Assembly: GCA_016719565.1 (NCBI GenBank)
Contig: JADJYU010000010.1
Span: forward strand, 78,400 to 142,399
Direction of reading: 5' to 3'
Source: Ignavibacteria bacterium
GTDB taxonomy: Bacteria; Bacteroidota; Ignavibacteria; Tepidaquicellales; Tepidaquicellaceae
DNA length: 64,000 nt
Shown here: one piece after another, positions 16,376 through 26,032 of the stretch
Position numbering within the stretch: position 1 is the first letter of the stretch
Layout: each line of letters begins with the position of its first letter
The notes under the pieces: generated by a model
Database searches by the model: none
What the model was told of the DNA's origin: nothing
Seen by the model: the letters and a program-made list of their open reading frames with translations, nothing else
Program-made: the position numbers and the translations under genes

Positions 16376-17653
16376 GTGAATAATAACAGAATAAAAATTT
16401 TTTTAATACTACTAATTTCATTCCTTTTTAATGCATCAGCGTTTTCTCAGGTAAAATTACTTATACCGATGGAAGACTCGCAGACCGATCATTTGAAAGC
16501 ATACGGAATTGCATACAGACACTTACTCAGTAATAAGGAAGTGGACTGGCTGCTTAATTACAGAGGCGGTTCGTTTATGTTTGGATATTCTTCAAAGCTT
16601 CAGGAAGAATGTAATGCCAAAGGTGTTTCTTATGAACTTCTGGAAGGCACTCAGACTGCGCAGGTATATGCTGAGGCTAAAGATGAAAAAAATAACATGG
16701 ATGTAGTAAGACTTGAGAAAGTCGCCAAGATAGCTGTTTATGTCCCGCCGAACGCTCTTCCCTGGGATGACGCAGTTCAGCTTGTGCTTGAATATGCGGA
16801 AATTCCCTATGACAAACTCTGGGACGAGGAAGTTCTGACTGATAAACTAAAAGGTTATGACTGGCTGCATCTGCATCATGAGGATTTTACAGGACAGTTC
16901 GGAAAGTTTTTCGCTACATACGGATCTGCTCCGTGGTATTTGAATCAGCAAAAGATCAATGAAGACATGGCTGCAAAGCTCGGGTATGATAAAGTATCAA
17001 AATTAAAGCTTGCAGTAGTTAAGAAACTGAAGGAATATATTGCAAACGGCGGTTTTCTGTTTACAATGTGTTCGGCGACAGATACTTATGATTTAGCTCT
17101 TGCCGCACAATATACGGATATCTGCGAATCTATATATGACGGTGATCCGGCTGATCCTCAGGCAAACAGTAAACTTGATTATTCTGAATGTCTGGCATTT
17201 GAAAATTTTACAGTGGATATGAATCCGCTGATGTATGAATACTCCAATATAGACGTGACAAACCAGCTTCTTTCAATGGGGCAGTATAATGACAATTTTA
17301 CGCTGGTAGATTTTTCAGCAAAGTATGATCCGGTACCGTCAATGCTGACGCAGTGTCATACTTCGGTTATAAACGGATTTCTCGGACAGACCACCGGCTT
17401 TCAGAAAAGTCTTCTGAAGAAAAATGTAACAGTGCTTGCGATGAAAGACGGGACTGACTATGTAAGATACATTCACGGAAATTACGGAAAGGGGACGTTT
17501 ACTTTTTACGGGGGACATGATCCGGAAGATTATCAGCACGCAGTGGGAGATCCGAAAACTGAACTTGAAAATTTCAAACACTCTCCGGGATACAGACTTA
17601 TTCTTAATAATGTTCTTTTCCCTGCCGCAAAGAAGAAAAAATTAAAAACATAA
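16376..17653 (+). CDS. Conserved secreted protein of unknown function (I recall this family being auto-annotated as asparagine synthetase B-like)
   Basis: 425-aa ORF with a GTG start and signal peptide (..FNASAFSQ). Recognisable block DHLKAYGIAY...WLLNYRGGSF. The functional assignment is weak. Confidence 0.4.
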   Translation: MNNNRIKIFLILLISFLFNASAFSQVKLLIPMEDSQTDHLKAYGIAYRHLLSNKEVDWLLNYRGGSFMFGYSSKLQEECNAKGVSYELLEGTQTAQVYAEAKDEKNNMDVVRLEKVAKIAVYVPPNALPWDDAVQLVLEYAEIPYDKLWDEEVLTDKLKGYDWLHLHHEDFTGQFGKFFATYGSAPWYLNQQKINEDMAAKLGYDKVSKLKLAVVKKLKEYIANGGFLFTMCSATDTYDLALAAQYTDICESIYDGDPADPQANSKLDYSECLAFENFTVDMNPLMYEYSNIDVTNQLLSMGQYNDNFTLVDFSAKYDPVPSMLTQCHTSVINGFLGQTTGFQKSLLKKNVTVLAMKDGTDYVRYIHGNYGKGTFTFYGGHDPEDYQHAVGDPKTELENFKHSPGYRLILNNVLFPAAKKKKLKT

Positions 17654-17662
17654 ATCTTTAAA

Positions 17663-18589
17663 TTGCAAAGAGGGAAAATTTTTTCAAAAGTAATTCATTG
17701 CATTCTCTTTTTTCAAATTACAGTTGTTTTATTTTCCTGCGCCAAACCTTCCGGAAATATTCAAAGTAAGTTTTCAGTAAAAGATGATACAGGGCTTGAA
17801 GTAAATTTTGATTCCCATCCTAAAAGAATAATCTCACTCGGACCGAACATTACGGAGACAATTTATGAATTAGGCGCGGACTCTGTATTAGTAGGTGTTA
17901 CGGAATACTGTGACTATCCTCCGCAGGCAAAAACCAAAACTAACACCGGAAGTTATCTTAGTCCTGATTATGAAATTATTTCATCTCTCAAACCTGATCT
18001 GATAATAATAAATGTTGAGTCGTCTAATAATCCGACTTATCAGTCTTTAATGAATATGGGATTCAGGTTATTTCTTAGTCATGCCAGGGATTTAACAGGA
18101 ATAAATAAAATGATCAGTGATATCGGAAAAATCACGGGAGTAAATGAAAGAGCTGATCTTTTGATCAAAAAAATCTCATCAGAACTTCCGGATGTTACAA
18201 AGCCCGATTCATTATCCGAAACTGCTCTTATAATAATTGCCGTAAATCCGCTGATGACTACAAATGATAAAACTTTTATTAATGAAATTTCGGAGCTTGC
18301 CGGTTTTAGGAATATTTATGCCGGAGAAGAGCAGGAATATCCTGTAATAAATTACGAAGATGTAGTGAACAGGGATCCCGATGTGATCATATTTCCGACT
18401 GATACTCTAAAAACAGGTAAAAATTCTGAATATGAAACTGAGATCAGAGAAAGGATACACAATTCAGGCGCTGTGAAAAGCGGAAATATTATTTTTATCG
18501 ATGATGATATTATGTTCAGACCCGGACCGCGTATTACAGATGCGGTGAAGACTTTGAGAAATAAATACATTCGAAAAGAATTAAAATAA
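17663..18589 (+). CDS. ABC-transporter periplasmic binding protein, cobalamin/Fe-siderophore type (BtuF-like), lipoprotein
   Basis: TTG start and lipobox LFSCAK. RIISLGPNITETIYELGA...VGVTEYCDYPP is typical of Peripla_BP_2. No cognate permease or ATPase is adjacent. Confidence 0.7.
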   Translation: MQRGKIFSKVIHCILFFQITVVLFSCAKPSGNIQSKFSVKDDTGLEVNFDSHPKRIISLGPNITETIYELGADSVLVGVTEYCDYPPQAKTKTNTGSYLSPDYEIISSLKPDLIIINVESSNNPTYQSLMNMGFRLFLSHARDLTGINKMISDIGKITGVNERADLLIKKISSELPDVTKPDSLSETALIIIAVNPLMTTNDKTFINEISELAGFRNIYAGEEQEYPVINYEDVVNRDPDVIIFPTDTLKTGKNSEYETEIRERIHNSGAVKSGNIIFIDDDIMFRPGPRITDAVKTLRNKYIRKELK

Positions 18590-18692
18590 AATTTACTGCA
18601 TAATTTTTAGAAACAGTACTAACCTCAATTTACACTTAAACCTCTGCATTCAAATCATTATATTCACAAACATTTTAAAATAATCATACATT

Positions 18693-20366
18693 TTGTCAGA
18701 CAATAAAATAATATTTTCAATGGTGGGAGTCAGCAAGACTTATCCTCCGCAGAAACAGGTTTTAAAAAATATATATCTCTCATTTTTTTACGGAGCAAAG
18801 ATCGGTATAATCGGATTAAACGGATCAGGTAAATCCACGCTGTTAAAAATTATTGCCGGATTAGAAGATAAGTTTGAAGGCGAAGTTCATTTTACAAAAG
18901 ATTACAGTATAGGATTATTATCGCAGGATCCGGAGCTTGATGAAACAAAGACTGTAAAAGAGATCGTGCAGGAAGGTGTTCAGGAAGTGGTAGATGTATT
19001 AAAGGAATATGATGAGGTGAATAATAAATTCGCAGAGCCGATGGATGATGATGAGATGAATAAACTTATAGAAAGACAGGGTGAACTTACGGAAAAGATC
19101 GAGCATATGAACGGATGGGAACTTGATGCTAAACTCGAAAGAGCTATGGATGCATTGAGAACTCCCGACGGCGATACTCCTGTAAAAAATCTTTCTGGAG
19201 GCGAAAGAAGAAGAGTAGCGCTTTGCAGACTTCTTCTGAAAGAACCGGATATACTTTTGCTTGATGAACCGACAAACCATCTTGATGCAGAATCCATAGA
19301 CTGGCTTGAGCAGCATTTACAGCAATACAAAGGAACTGTCATAGCAATTACTCACGACAGGTATTTTCTCGATAATGTAGCAGGCTGGATACTTGAGCTG
19401 GACAGGGGAGAGGGAATTCCATGGGAAGGAAATTACTCTTCCTGGCTTGATCAGAAAACGAAACGACTTGAAATGGAAGAGAAGCAGGAAAGCAAAAGAC
19501 GTAAAACATTGCTGCATGAACTCGAATGGGTGAGAATGTCCCCGAAGGCGAGACAGGCGAAATCTAAAGCGAGACTTCAGGCTTATGATAGAATGCTGAA
19601 TGAAGATTCAAAAAGAAAAGAAGAGCAGCTTGAAATATTTATTCCAAACGGACCAAGACTTGGTAATAAAGTAATAGATGCTGTAAATGTCAGCAAGTCT
19701 TTCGGTGATAAACTATTATATGAAAATCTGAATTTTTCTCTTCCCCCTGCCGGAATAGTCGGAATTATCGGAGCTAACGGAACGGGTAAGACGACTCTTT
19801 TCAGACTTATACTCGGGACGGAAAAGCCGGACAACGGAAATTTTGAAGTAGGGGAGACAGTAAGTATTGGTTATGTGGATCAGGCACATGCGGAAATCGA
19901 TCCCGAAAAGACCGTATGGGAAGTTATCTCGGAAGAAAATGAATTTATAGAAATTGAAGGAAAGCAGTACAACTCAAGAGCTTATGTTGCAAGATTTAAT
20001 TTTAACGGAGCTGATCAGGGAAAGAAAGTAAATATGCTTTCCGGAGGTGAGAGGAACAGATTACATCTGGCGCTAACATTAAAATCCGAAGCTAACGTTT
20101 TGCTTCTTGACGAACCAACCAATGATATTGATGTAAATACTCTGAGAGCTCTTGAAGAAGGTCTTGAAAACTTTGCAGGATGCGCAGTCATTATATCTCA
20201 CGACAGATGGTTTCTGGACAGAGTCGCCACTCATATACTTTCATTCGAAGGTGATTCAACTGTAGAATATTTTGAAGGCGGGTATTCGGATTATGAAGAA
20301 TTTAAAAAGAAGAAGTACGGTTATGTCGAACCGAAACGCGTAAGGTATAAAAAACTGGTTCAGTAA
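18693..20366 (+). CDS. ettA: Energy-dependent translational throttle protein EttA (ABC-F ATPase)
   Basis: 557 aa with a TTG start. Two ABC cassettes (GLNGSGKST / GANGTGKTT; LSGGERRR / LSGGERNR) and near-collinear similarity to EttA (ITHDRYFLDNVAGWILELDRGEGIPWEGNYSSWL). Confidence 0.9.
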   Translation: MSDNKIIFSMVGVSKTYPPQKQVLKNIYLSFFYGAKIGIIGLNGSGKSTLLKIIAGLEDKFEGEVHFTKDYSIGLLSQDPELDETKTVKEIVQEGVQEVVDVLKEYDEVNNKFAEPMDDDEMNKLIERQGELTEKIEHMNGWELDAKLERAMDALRTPDGDTPVKNLSGGERRRVALCRLLLKEPDILLLDEPTNHLDAESIDWLEQHLQQYKGTVIAITHDRYFLDNVAGWILELDRGEGIPWEGNYSSWLDQKTKRLEMEEKQESKRRKTLLHELEWVRMSPKARQAKSKARLQAYDRMLNEDSKRKEEQLEIFIPNGPRLGNKVIDAVNVSKSFGDKLLYENLNFSLPPAGIVGIIGANGTGKTTLFRLILGTEKPDNGNFEVGETVSIGYVDQAHAEIDPEKTVWEVISEENEFIEIEGKQYNSRAYVARFNFNGADQGKKVNMLSGGERNRLHLALTLKSEANVLLLDEPTNDIDVNTLRALEEGLENFAGCAVIISHDRWFLDRVATHILSFEGDSTVEYFEGGYSDYEEFKKKKYGYVEPKRVRYKKLVQ

Positions 20367-20682
20367 TTTTTTTCTTTGGAAAAATTTTGATTAATATATT
20401 AACCGGAATTACATCATAAGTACAATTCACACATATAATCTTTCAGAAAGTATTAAGAAGATAGGGATATTTGTCATTCCTCTTATTCTGGTAATTGTAT
20501 TATTATTTTACTCATTCAAGGAATCTCAGATATATTCTGAATCTTACGGCGTCAGATCTGAAGTTTTAAAAAGTAATAATGATGAAGTTGTATCTCCGTC
20601 ATCACAGAAGAAAGTAAAAATTGAAGAGCTTGATAATATTTTCGCAAAGAGATCTTTCAATAACAACATATATGTCGAAAGC

Positions 20683-21450
20683 ATGCTCAAAGACTGGAAT
20701 ACACTTTTTGATCTGTTCGCATCCAATGCAAATTTTAAACAGCAGGCAAAAAATTTAAATATAAAGGACCTTGAGCGGATAACGGAAAAAGTTCAGTTTG
20801 TCAGCAAAGAATTCAAACTTGGTAACGTTGAAAATCTGGTGAAGGAGCTTGGAGATATAATTACAAGAGAAAGTAATTTTTACAAACTCGACTGGCGGAT
20901 CGTACTTGCGATCATAAGGCAGGAGTCATATTTCAATGCTAATGCCCGCTCGCATGCAGGAGCGTTTGGATTAATGCAGATAATGCCGAGGACCGGACAG
21001 GGACTTCAGAACGAATTAAAACTTGAGGAAACTCAGACACCTGTTAATAATCTTATTGCCGGTATCTATTATTATGCATCACTTGTGTCACAGTTCCGGG
21101 AATTCGGCGATGAGAAATATAAATTCGCGCTTGCAGCATACAATGCAGGGCTTGGCAGGGTAATAGACGCAATGACTATTACAGCACATTTTGAAAAGGA
21201 TTACAGACAATGGGACAATGTGAAAGAAGCATATCCGTTTCTCGCTTCGAAGGAAGATTCAGTCCATGCGCTTGTATGGCCGGAATCCAAAAGACCGCCG
21301 TACGGAACACTTGATAACTGGAAAGAGCCATACAATTATGTCAACAGCATAATGTTCTATTATGAGTCTTACAAGAAAATGTATGAAAGCAATCTTGAAG
21401 AACCTAAGAAAACCGAAACTCCTAAAAAAACTAATAAAAAGAAAAAATAA
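20683..21450 (+). CDS. Lytic transglycosylase (SLT domain); true start probably upstream
   Basis: SLT catalytic block IIRQESYFNANARSHAGAFGLMQIMP and AYNAG. The first ATG at 20683 gives no signal peptide. The frame is open back to 20395 and encodes a membrane anchor (KKIGIFVIPLILVIVLLFYSF), but there is no ATG/GTG/TTG there. Confidence 0.75.
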   Translation: MLKDWNTLFDLFASNANFKQQAKNLNIKDLERITEKVQFVSKEFKLGNVENLVKELGDIITRESNFYKLDWRIVLAIIRQESYFNANARSHAGAFGLMQIMPRTGQGLQNELKLEETQTPVNNLIAGIYYYASLVSQFREFGDEKYKFALAAYNAGLGRVIDAMTITAHFEKDYRQWDNVKEAYPFLASKEDSVHALVWPESKRPPYGTLDNWKEPYNYVNSIMFYYESYKKMYESNLEEPKKTETPKKTNKKKK

Positions 21451-22634
21451 TGAACAGCAGCATTGCAGAATCCGTCTCACTTCTGGAAGATATTCAAACT
21501 ATTGAAGATGCGAGAAAACTTTTTCCTGTTATGAAATCCTGCACATATCTTGACTCCGCTCATTACTCACAGTATTCTCTGGAGACAAGAAGAAGGCTGA
21601 TCGACTTTATAGATGAGTTTACTTTTACAAACAAAAATCTGAGTCTTGTTAATATGCGGCTTGCTGATCAGCTGAAAACATTAAGCGCTCAGATAATAAA
21701 TGCGGGTAAACACGAAATTATTATTACAGGCAGCACTACACACGGACTTAATATATTTGCAAACGGGATAAGACTGGAGCGGGGAGATAAAGTCGCTTAT
21801 GCCGATTCGGAATTTCCGGCTATTGTCTATCCGTGGATGAATCAGTATAAACTACGGGGAATTGAAAATGTCATGATACCTTCGGAAAGAGGTAAGATAA
21901 AGACTGAGGATATAGAAAATGTAATTAAGAAAAATAAAATAAAAGTACTGACAATAAGTTCAGTTGAGTTTCTCGGTTTCAGAAATGATTTAAATGAAAT
22001 CGGAAATATCTGCAGGGAAAATGGCTGTTACTTTGTAGTTGATGCAATTCAGGGAATTGGAGTTTGTCCTGTGGATGTAAAGGAATCCGGAATTGATTTT
22101 ATTTCCGCGGGGTCTCAGAAATGGATGATGGCTCCTGCCGGGATAGGTTTTGCATATATATCTGACAGAATAAGGGATAATGTGGATCCGACATATGTTG
22201 CAACATCAAGTATCGAATATGACTTCAAGAATTTTCTTGATTACAAACTTAATTTTAAGAAAGACGGAAATGCATTTGAAAACTCTACTCCTAATACACT
22301 TGGAATGATCGGACTGATATCTTCCCTGGAATTATTTTTAAAACTCGGAGTAAAAAATATTTTCGATCATATTCAGATGCTGCAAAATATTTTCATCGAT
22401 GAAATTAAAGATAGTGATTTTAAAATTGAATCAGATCTGAATCCGAACCACAGATCAAATATTCTTTTATTCTCTCATAAAGACATTGAAAGAAATGAAG
22501 AAGTCCAGAAATATCTGGAAACGAGTAATATTTTTATAGCGCTTCGTGAGGGTTACCTTAGATTATCCGCGCATTTATTTAATAATTCTGAAGATATAAA
22601 AACAATTACGTCAGCATTGATAGGGTTTAAATAA
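21450..22634 (+). CDS. Aminotransferase class V / cysteine desulfurase-like PLP enzyme
   Basis: 394 aa. VDAIQG...SAGSQKWMMAPAGIGFAY (PLP-Lys context). The start overlaps the upstream stop (TAATG). Confidence 0.7.
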   Translation: MNSSIAESVSLLEDIQTIEDARKLFPVMKSCTYLDSAHYSQYSLETRRRLIDFIDEFTFTNKNLSLVNMRLADQLKTLSAQIINAGKHEIIITGSTTHGLNIFANGIRLERGDKVAYADSEFPAIVYPWMNQYKLRGIENVMIPSERGKIKTEDIENVIKKNKIKVLTISSVEFLGFRNDLNEIGNICRENGCYFVVDAIQGIGVCPVDVKESGIDFISAGSQKWMMAPAGIGFAYISDRIRDNVDPTYVATSSIEYDFKNFLDYKLNFKKDGNAFENSTPNTLGMIGLISSLELFLKLGVKNIFDHIQMLQNIFIDEIKDSDFKIESDLNPNHRSNILLFSHKDIERNEEVQKYLETSNIFIALREGYLRLSAHLFNNSEDIKTITSALIGFK

Positions 22635-22938
22635 ATCTGACTGCTGTTATTTCTGCTGAGCCGGATTTATTTAGTATAAATCATCGGAATGCCAAAGTTC
22701 TTATCCTTCATACTCACCTTAATATTCCAAAGGAATAAAATTTATTTTTTGAAATTTTTTAAAACGAATTTACATTTCATGAAAATGTAATTTGTTTAAT
22801 TTATTAAGAGAAATTTTGTCTGCAAATTCTTGTGTTTTATTAAGAATATTCCTGCAAATTCAAAAATAAATTGACTATACACATTAATATTCATAATTTG
22901 TCTAATCCCAAAATATAAGGAGGTTGTCTTCCACGATC

Positions 22939-23474
22939 ATGATAATAAAAATATTTTTCACCGCCGGTACAATAATTTAAACGGTAAAGTTCTGGTTCTT
23001 AATCAAAATTACGAACCTTTAACTATCTGTAATGTACGCAGAGCAATAATTCTGATCTATCTGGGCAAAGCGGAATCAATATACTGCTTAGCGGAAAAAA
23101 AGATTTTAAGCGTTAACAGAAGTTTTGAATATCCGAGTATTGTCAGGCTTGTTTTTTTTGTAAGGGTACCTTTTAAAAAAATAATTCTGTCACGGAAAAA
23201 TATTCTGAGAAGGGATAATCACAGATGCCAGTACTGCGGAGTTACATCAAATCTGACTGTTGATCATGTAATGCCGAAATCAAGAGGAGGCGAGGACAGT
23301 TGGGAAAATCTTACGACCGCGTGTATTAAATGCAATAATAAAAAAGGAAACAGGACTCCTGAAGAGGCGAAATTTGAATTAATGAATATTCCTAAAAGAC
23401 CTTCTCACATAACATTTATTAAAAACTTTGCAGGCAGGATCGATGACGGCTGGAAACCGTATTTATATATGTAA
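22939..23474 (+). CDS. HNH endonuclease (5' end unresolved, possible frameshift)
   Basis: HNH motif [11 protein letters not shown]...[31 protein letters not shown]. The conserved N-terminal part ([30 protein letters not shown]) is in the same frame upstream of the track's Met 23271, but that frame has no canonical start back to the stop at 22872. AAGGAGG sits at 22917, and the ATG at 22939 is in another frame. Confidence 0.7.
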
Positions 23475-23698
23475 GCAAAGACCGGATATAATAAAAATAT
23501 TTTAATCAGTTACAGAATGACTGACGTTCAAACTTCAATGAATTTTTAAAATCTTTTATCAAATATATTTACAGATTATTTGGAAAAAGAATACAATACA
23601 ATAATAATTTTTTGAATTTTATATAATATTCGTTGTTCCGTTTATACTTTAAAATTCATTTCTGTAATTAAATCTAAAACATTAAATAATATTTTTAT

Positions 23699-25192
23699 AT
23701 GGTAAAGTATCAGTTGTATATTAACGGAGAGTTTTGTGATTCTGAAGACGGAAAGACGTTTATGGCTACAGATCCGGCAAACGGAGAAGTTATTGCCGAA
23801 ATATCCAAAGCCGGAATATCAGATACTAAAAAAGCGGTAGCAGCAGCAAGGAAAGCATTTGACAGCGGAGTCTGGAGCGGATTATCAGGTGAAGAAAGAT
23901 CACGCATTTTAAAACAGCTTGTGGATAAGATAAACGAGAATGCAGAAAAACTTACCGGGCTTGAAGTGAAAGACTCAGGTTCAACAGTCAGAAAAGCAGG
24001 CGAGGATATTTTTTTGTCGGCTAAAAGTCTCAATTATTTTTCAAAGGCGGCGGCAGTTAATTTCAATGAAGACATTCCGGGACTTTCAAAGGAAGGTGTC
24101 AGCAAAAATATTATTCGTTATGAACCTGTCGGAGTATGCGCTCTTATTATTCCGTGGAATTTTCCGCTAAAGATGGCAATATGGAAACTTGGTCCGGCTC
24201 TTGCAGCAGGTAACACAGTAATTTTAAAACCTGCAATGGAAACTTCCGTAACCGCATGCGAACTTGCAAAACTTATAAGCGAAACGGAAATTCCCAAAGG
24301 TGTTGTGAATATTATTACAGGCAGCGGAAGTGTAATAGGGACAGAGCTGGTTAAAAATCCGGATGTTGATAAAGTCGGATTTACGGGATCTACTGAAGTT
24401 GGTAAAATTATAATGCAGAATGCATCTTCAAATCTGAAAAAAATCACTCTTGAGTGCGGTGGTAAATCAGCTAATATTGTACTTGATGACGCCGATCTGG
24501 AAATGAGTATTGACGGAGCGATTTATGCAGCTTTTTATCATCAGGGTCAGTGCTGTGAAGGCGGCACAAGACTTTTGCTTCATGAAAAAATTTATGATAA
24601 ATTTATTTCAGGGCTTAAAGAAAAAATAGAAAGAATGAAGATAGGGGATCCGGCTGATAAATCAGTTACTGTAGGACCGGTAGTAAATCAGGATCAGTTT
24701 GATACTGTAATGAAATATATTAAAACCGGAATTGAAGAAGGAGCTGAAATTCTTACAGGCGGTAAACAATTCGGAAATGAAGGACTTTTCATTGAACCGA
24801 CGGTTTTTGTTAATGTTAATAATAAAATGATAATTGCTCAGGAGGAAATATTCGGACCAGTGCTTGTTGTCATAAAATTCAAGGATGATGATGAAGCGGT
24901 TTCCATCGCAAATGACTCGGTATTCGGACTTGCAGGAGCGGTATGGTCAGGTAATGATGAGAGAGCGCTGGCTGTAGCGGATAAACTCCGCACAGGCACA
25001 GTATGGATTAATGAATATCATTTGTTAAGTGACAGGGCTCCGTTCGGAGGATATAAACAAAGCGGGATCGGCAGGGAGTTTGGTACAGAAGGAATAAAGG
25101 AATATATGGAAGCAAAGCATATTCATATTGATGAAATAAAGGACAGATCCAAAAAACCATGGTACAGAACTGTTGTTCCCAAAGACAGTTAA
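23699..25192 (+). CDS. NAD(P)-dependent aldehyde dehydrogenase
   Basis: 497 aa. IIPWNFPL, FTGSTEVGK, LECGGKSA (catalytic Glu), HQGQCCEGGTRLL (catalytic Cys), EEIFGPV. Confidence 0.9.
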   Translation: MVKYQLYINGEFCDSEDGKTFMATDPANGEVIAEISKAGISDTKKAVAAARKAFDSGVWSGLSGEERSRILKQLVDKINENAEKLTGLEVKDSGSTVRKAGEDIFLSAKSLNYFSKAAAVNFNEDIPGLSKEGVSKNIIRYEPVGVCALIIPWNFPLKMAIWKLGPALAAGNTVILKPAMETSVTACELAKLISETEIPKGVVNIITGSGSVIGTELVKNPDVDKVGFTGSTEVGKIIMQNASSNLKKITLECGGKSANIVLDDADLEMSIDGAIYAAFYHQGQCCEGGTRLLLHEKIYDKFISGLKEKIERMKIGDPADKSVTVGPVVNQDQFDTVMKYIKTGIEEGAEILTGGKQFGNEGLFIEPTVFVNVNNKMIIAQEEIFGPVLVVIKFKDDDEAVSIANDSVFGLAGAVWSGNDERALAVADKLRTGTVWINEYHLLSDRAPFGGYKQSGIGREFGTEGIKEYMEAKHIHIDEIKDRSKKPWYRTVVPKDS

Positions 25193-25219
25193 AAATTTTT
25201 TAAATAATTACTAAAAGGC

Positions 25220-25768
25220 TTGTATAAAAATATTATAAAGGGTAAAAAATGTTCATTAATTAGATTCATAGGATCTGATGAGTCATTAGTAGATATGATG
25301 CATAAAATATTTAACGATGAAGATCTTCAGGAATATCTGAATCCTGATTATCTGAATTATAAAACAAAGCCTCAGATCAGAAAATGGCTGAAATCAAAAT
25401 ATTCAAACCCTGTAGAGATCTGGTATGTAATTAAATATAAAAATGATTACGCCGGATATATCTGCTACAAATGGAGAAAACATTATGATGAAGCGTGCGA
25501 AGTATCTACTGCGCTTGAAAAAAAATTCAGAGGACTTGATCTGGGTTACGAATCTTCAAAACTTCTTTTTGATCATTTACGCAATTCGAATAAATTCAAA
25601 TACATCGTTGCATATGTCCATAAGAAAAATAAAATAGCTGAAAACAACCTGAAAAAACTGGGACTGAAAAAAAATAATGCGCTGCAGAAAATTGTGACAA
25701 AGGAATTCTACAGTTCAGACGGCAGTGACAGTGTTTATAATATGTTTCTAATGAAGACTATTAAGTAA
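25220..25768 (+). CDS. GNAT-family N-acetyltransferase (putative)
   Basis: 182 aa with a TTG start. Acetyl-CoA-binding-like KKFRGLDLGYESSKLL and a typical GNAT length. Confidence 0.5.
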   Translation: MYKNIIKGKKCSLIRFIGSDESLVDMMHKIFNDEDLQEYLNPDYLNYKTKPQIRKWLKSKYSNPVEIWYVIKYKNDYAGYICYKWRKHYDEACEVSTALEKKFRGLDLGYESSKLLFDHLRNSNKFKYIVAYVHKKNKIAENNLKKLGLKKNNALQKIVTKEFYSSDGSDSVYNMFLMKTIK

Positions 25769-26032
25769 TATCATTAATACTCATTTCCTGAATTCCAATT
25801 CCGGACTAAAGTATCCTTCGGATCTGCATCTGCATTTTAAACATCATATATTATTTCGCTTCAGAAAATATTTCAAACTTACGGGTATTAAGACTTATAT
25901 ATAAAAATATCAATAACTATATTGCAGGTAAAATTAATATGGCTCTTAAGATTTTATCATAAGTTATTAATTCATAAAACTGAGGATTTTAGTATCTAAT
26001 CCTGTTTATATTGAAATTAAATTAATTCTAAT

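Noticed and set aside
17654-17662. A cobalamin riboswitch upstream of the BtuF-like binding protein.
   Set aside because: Only 9 nt separate it from the preceding gene, which leaves no room for a riboswitch. I found no B12-box-like sequence.
18980-19834. Minus-strand ORFs 18980-19342, 18999-19316, 19317-19517 and 19583-19834.
   Set aside because: They are antisense to ettA, which is near-collinear with characterised EttA.
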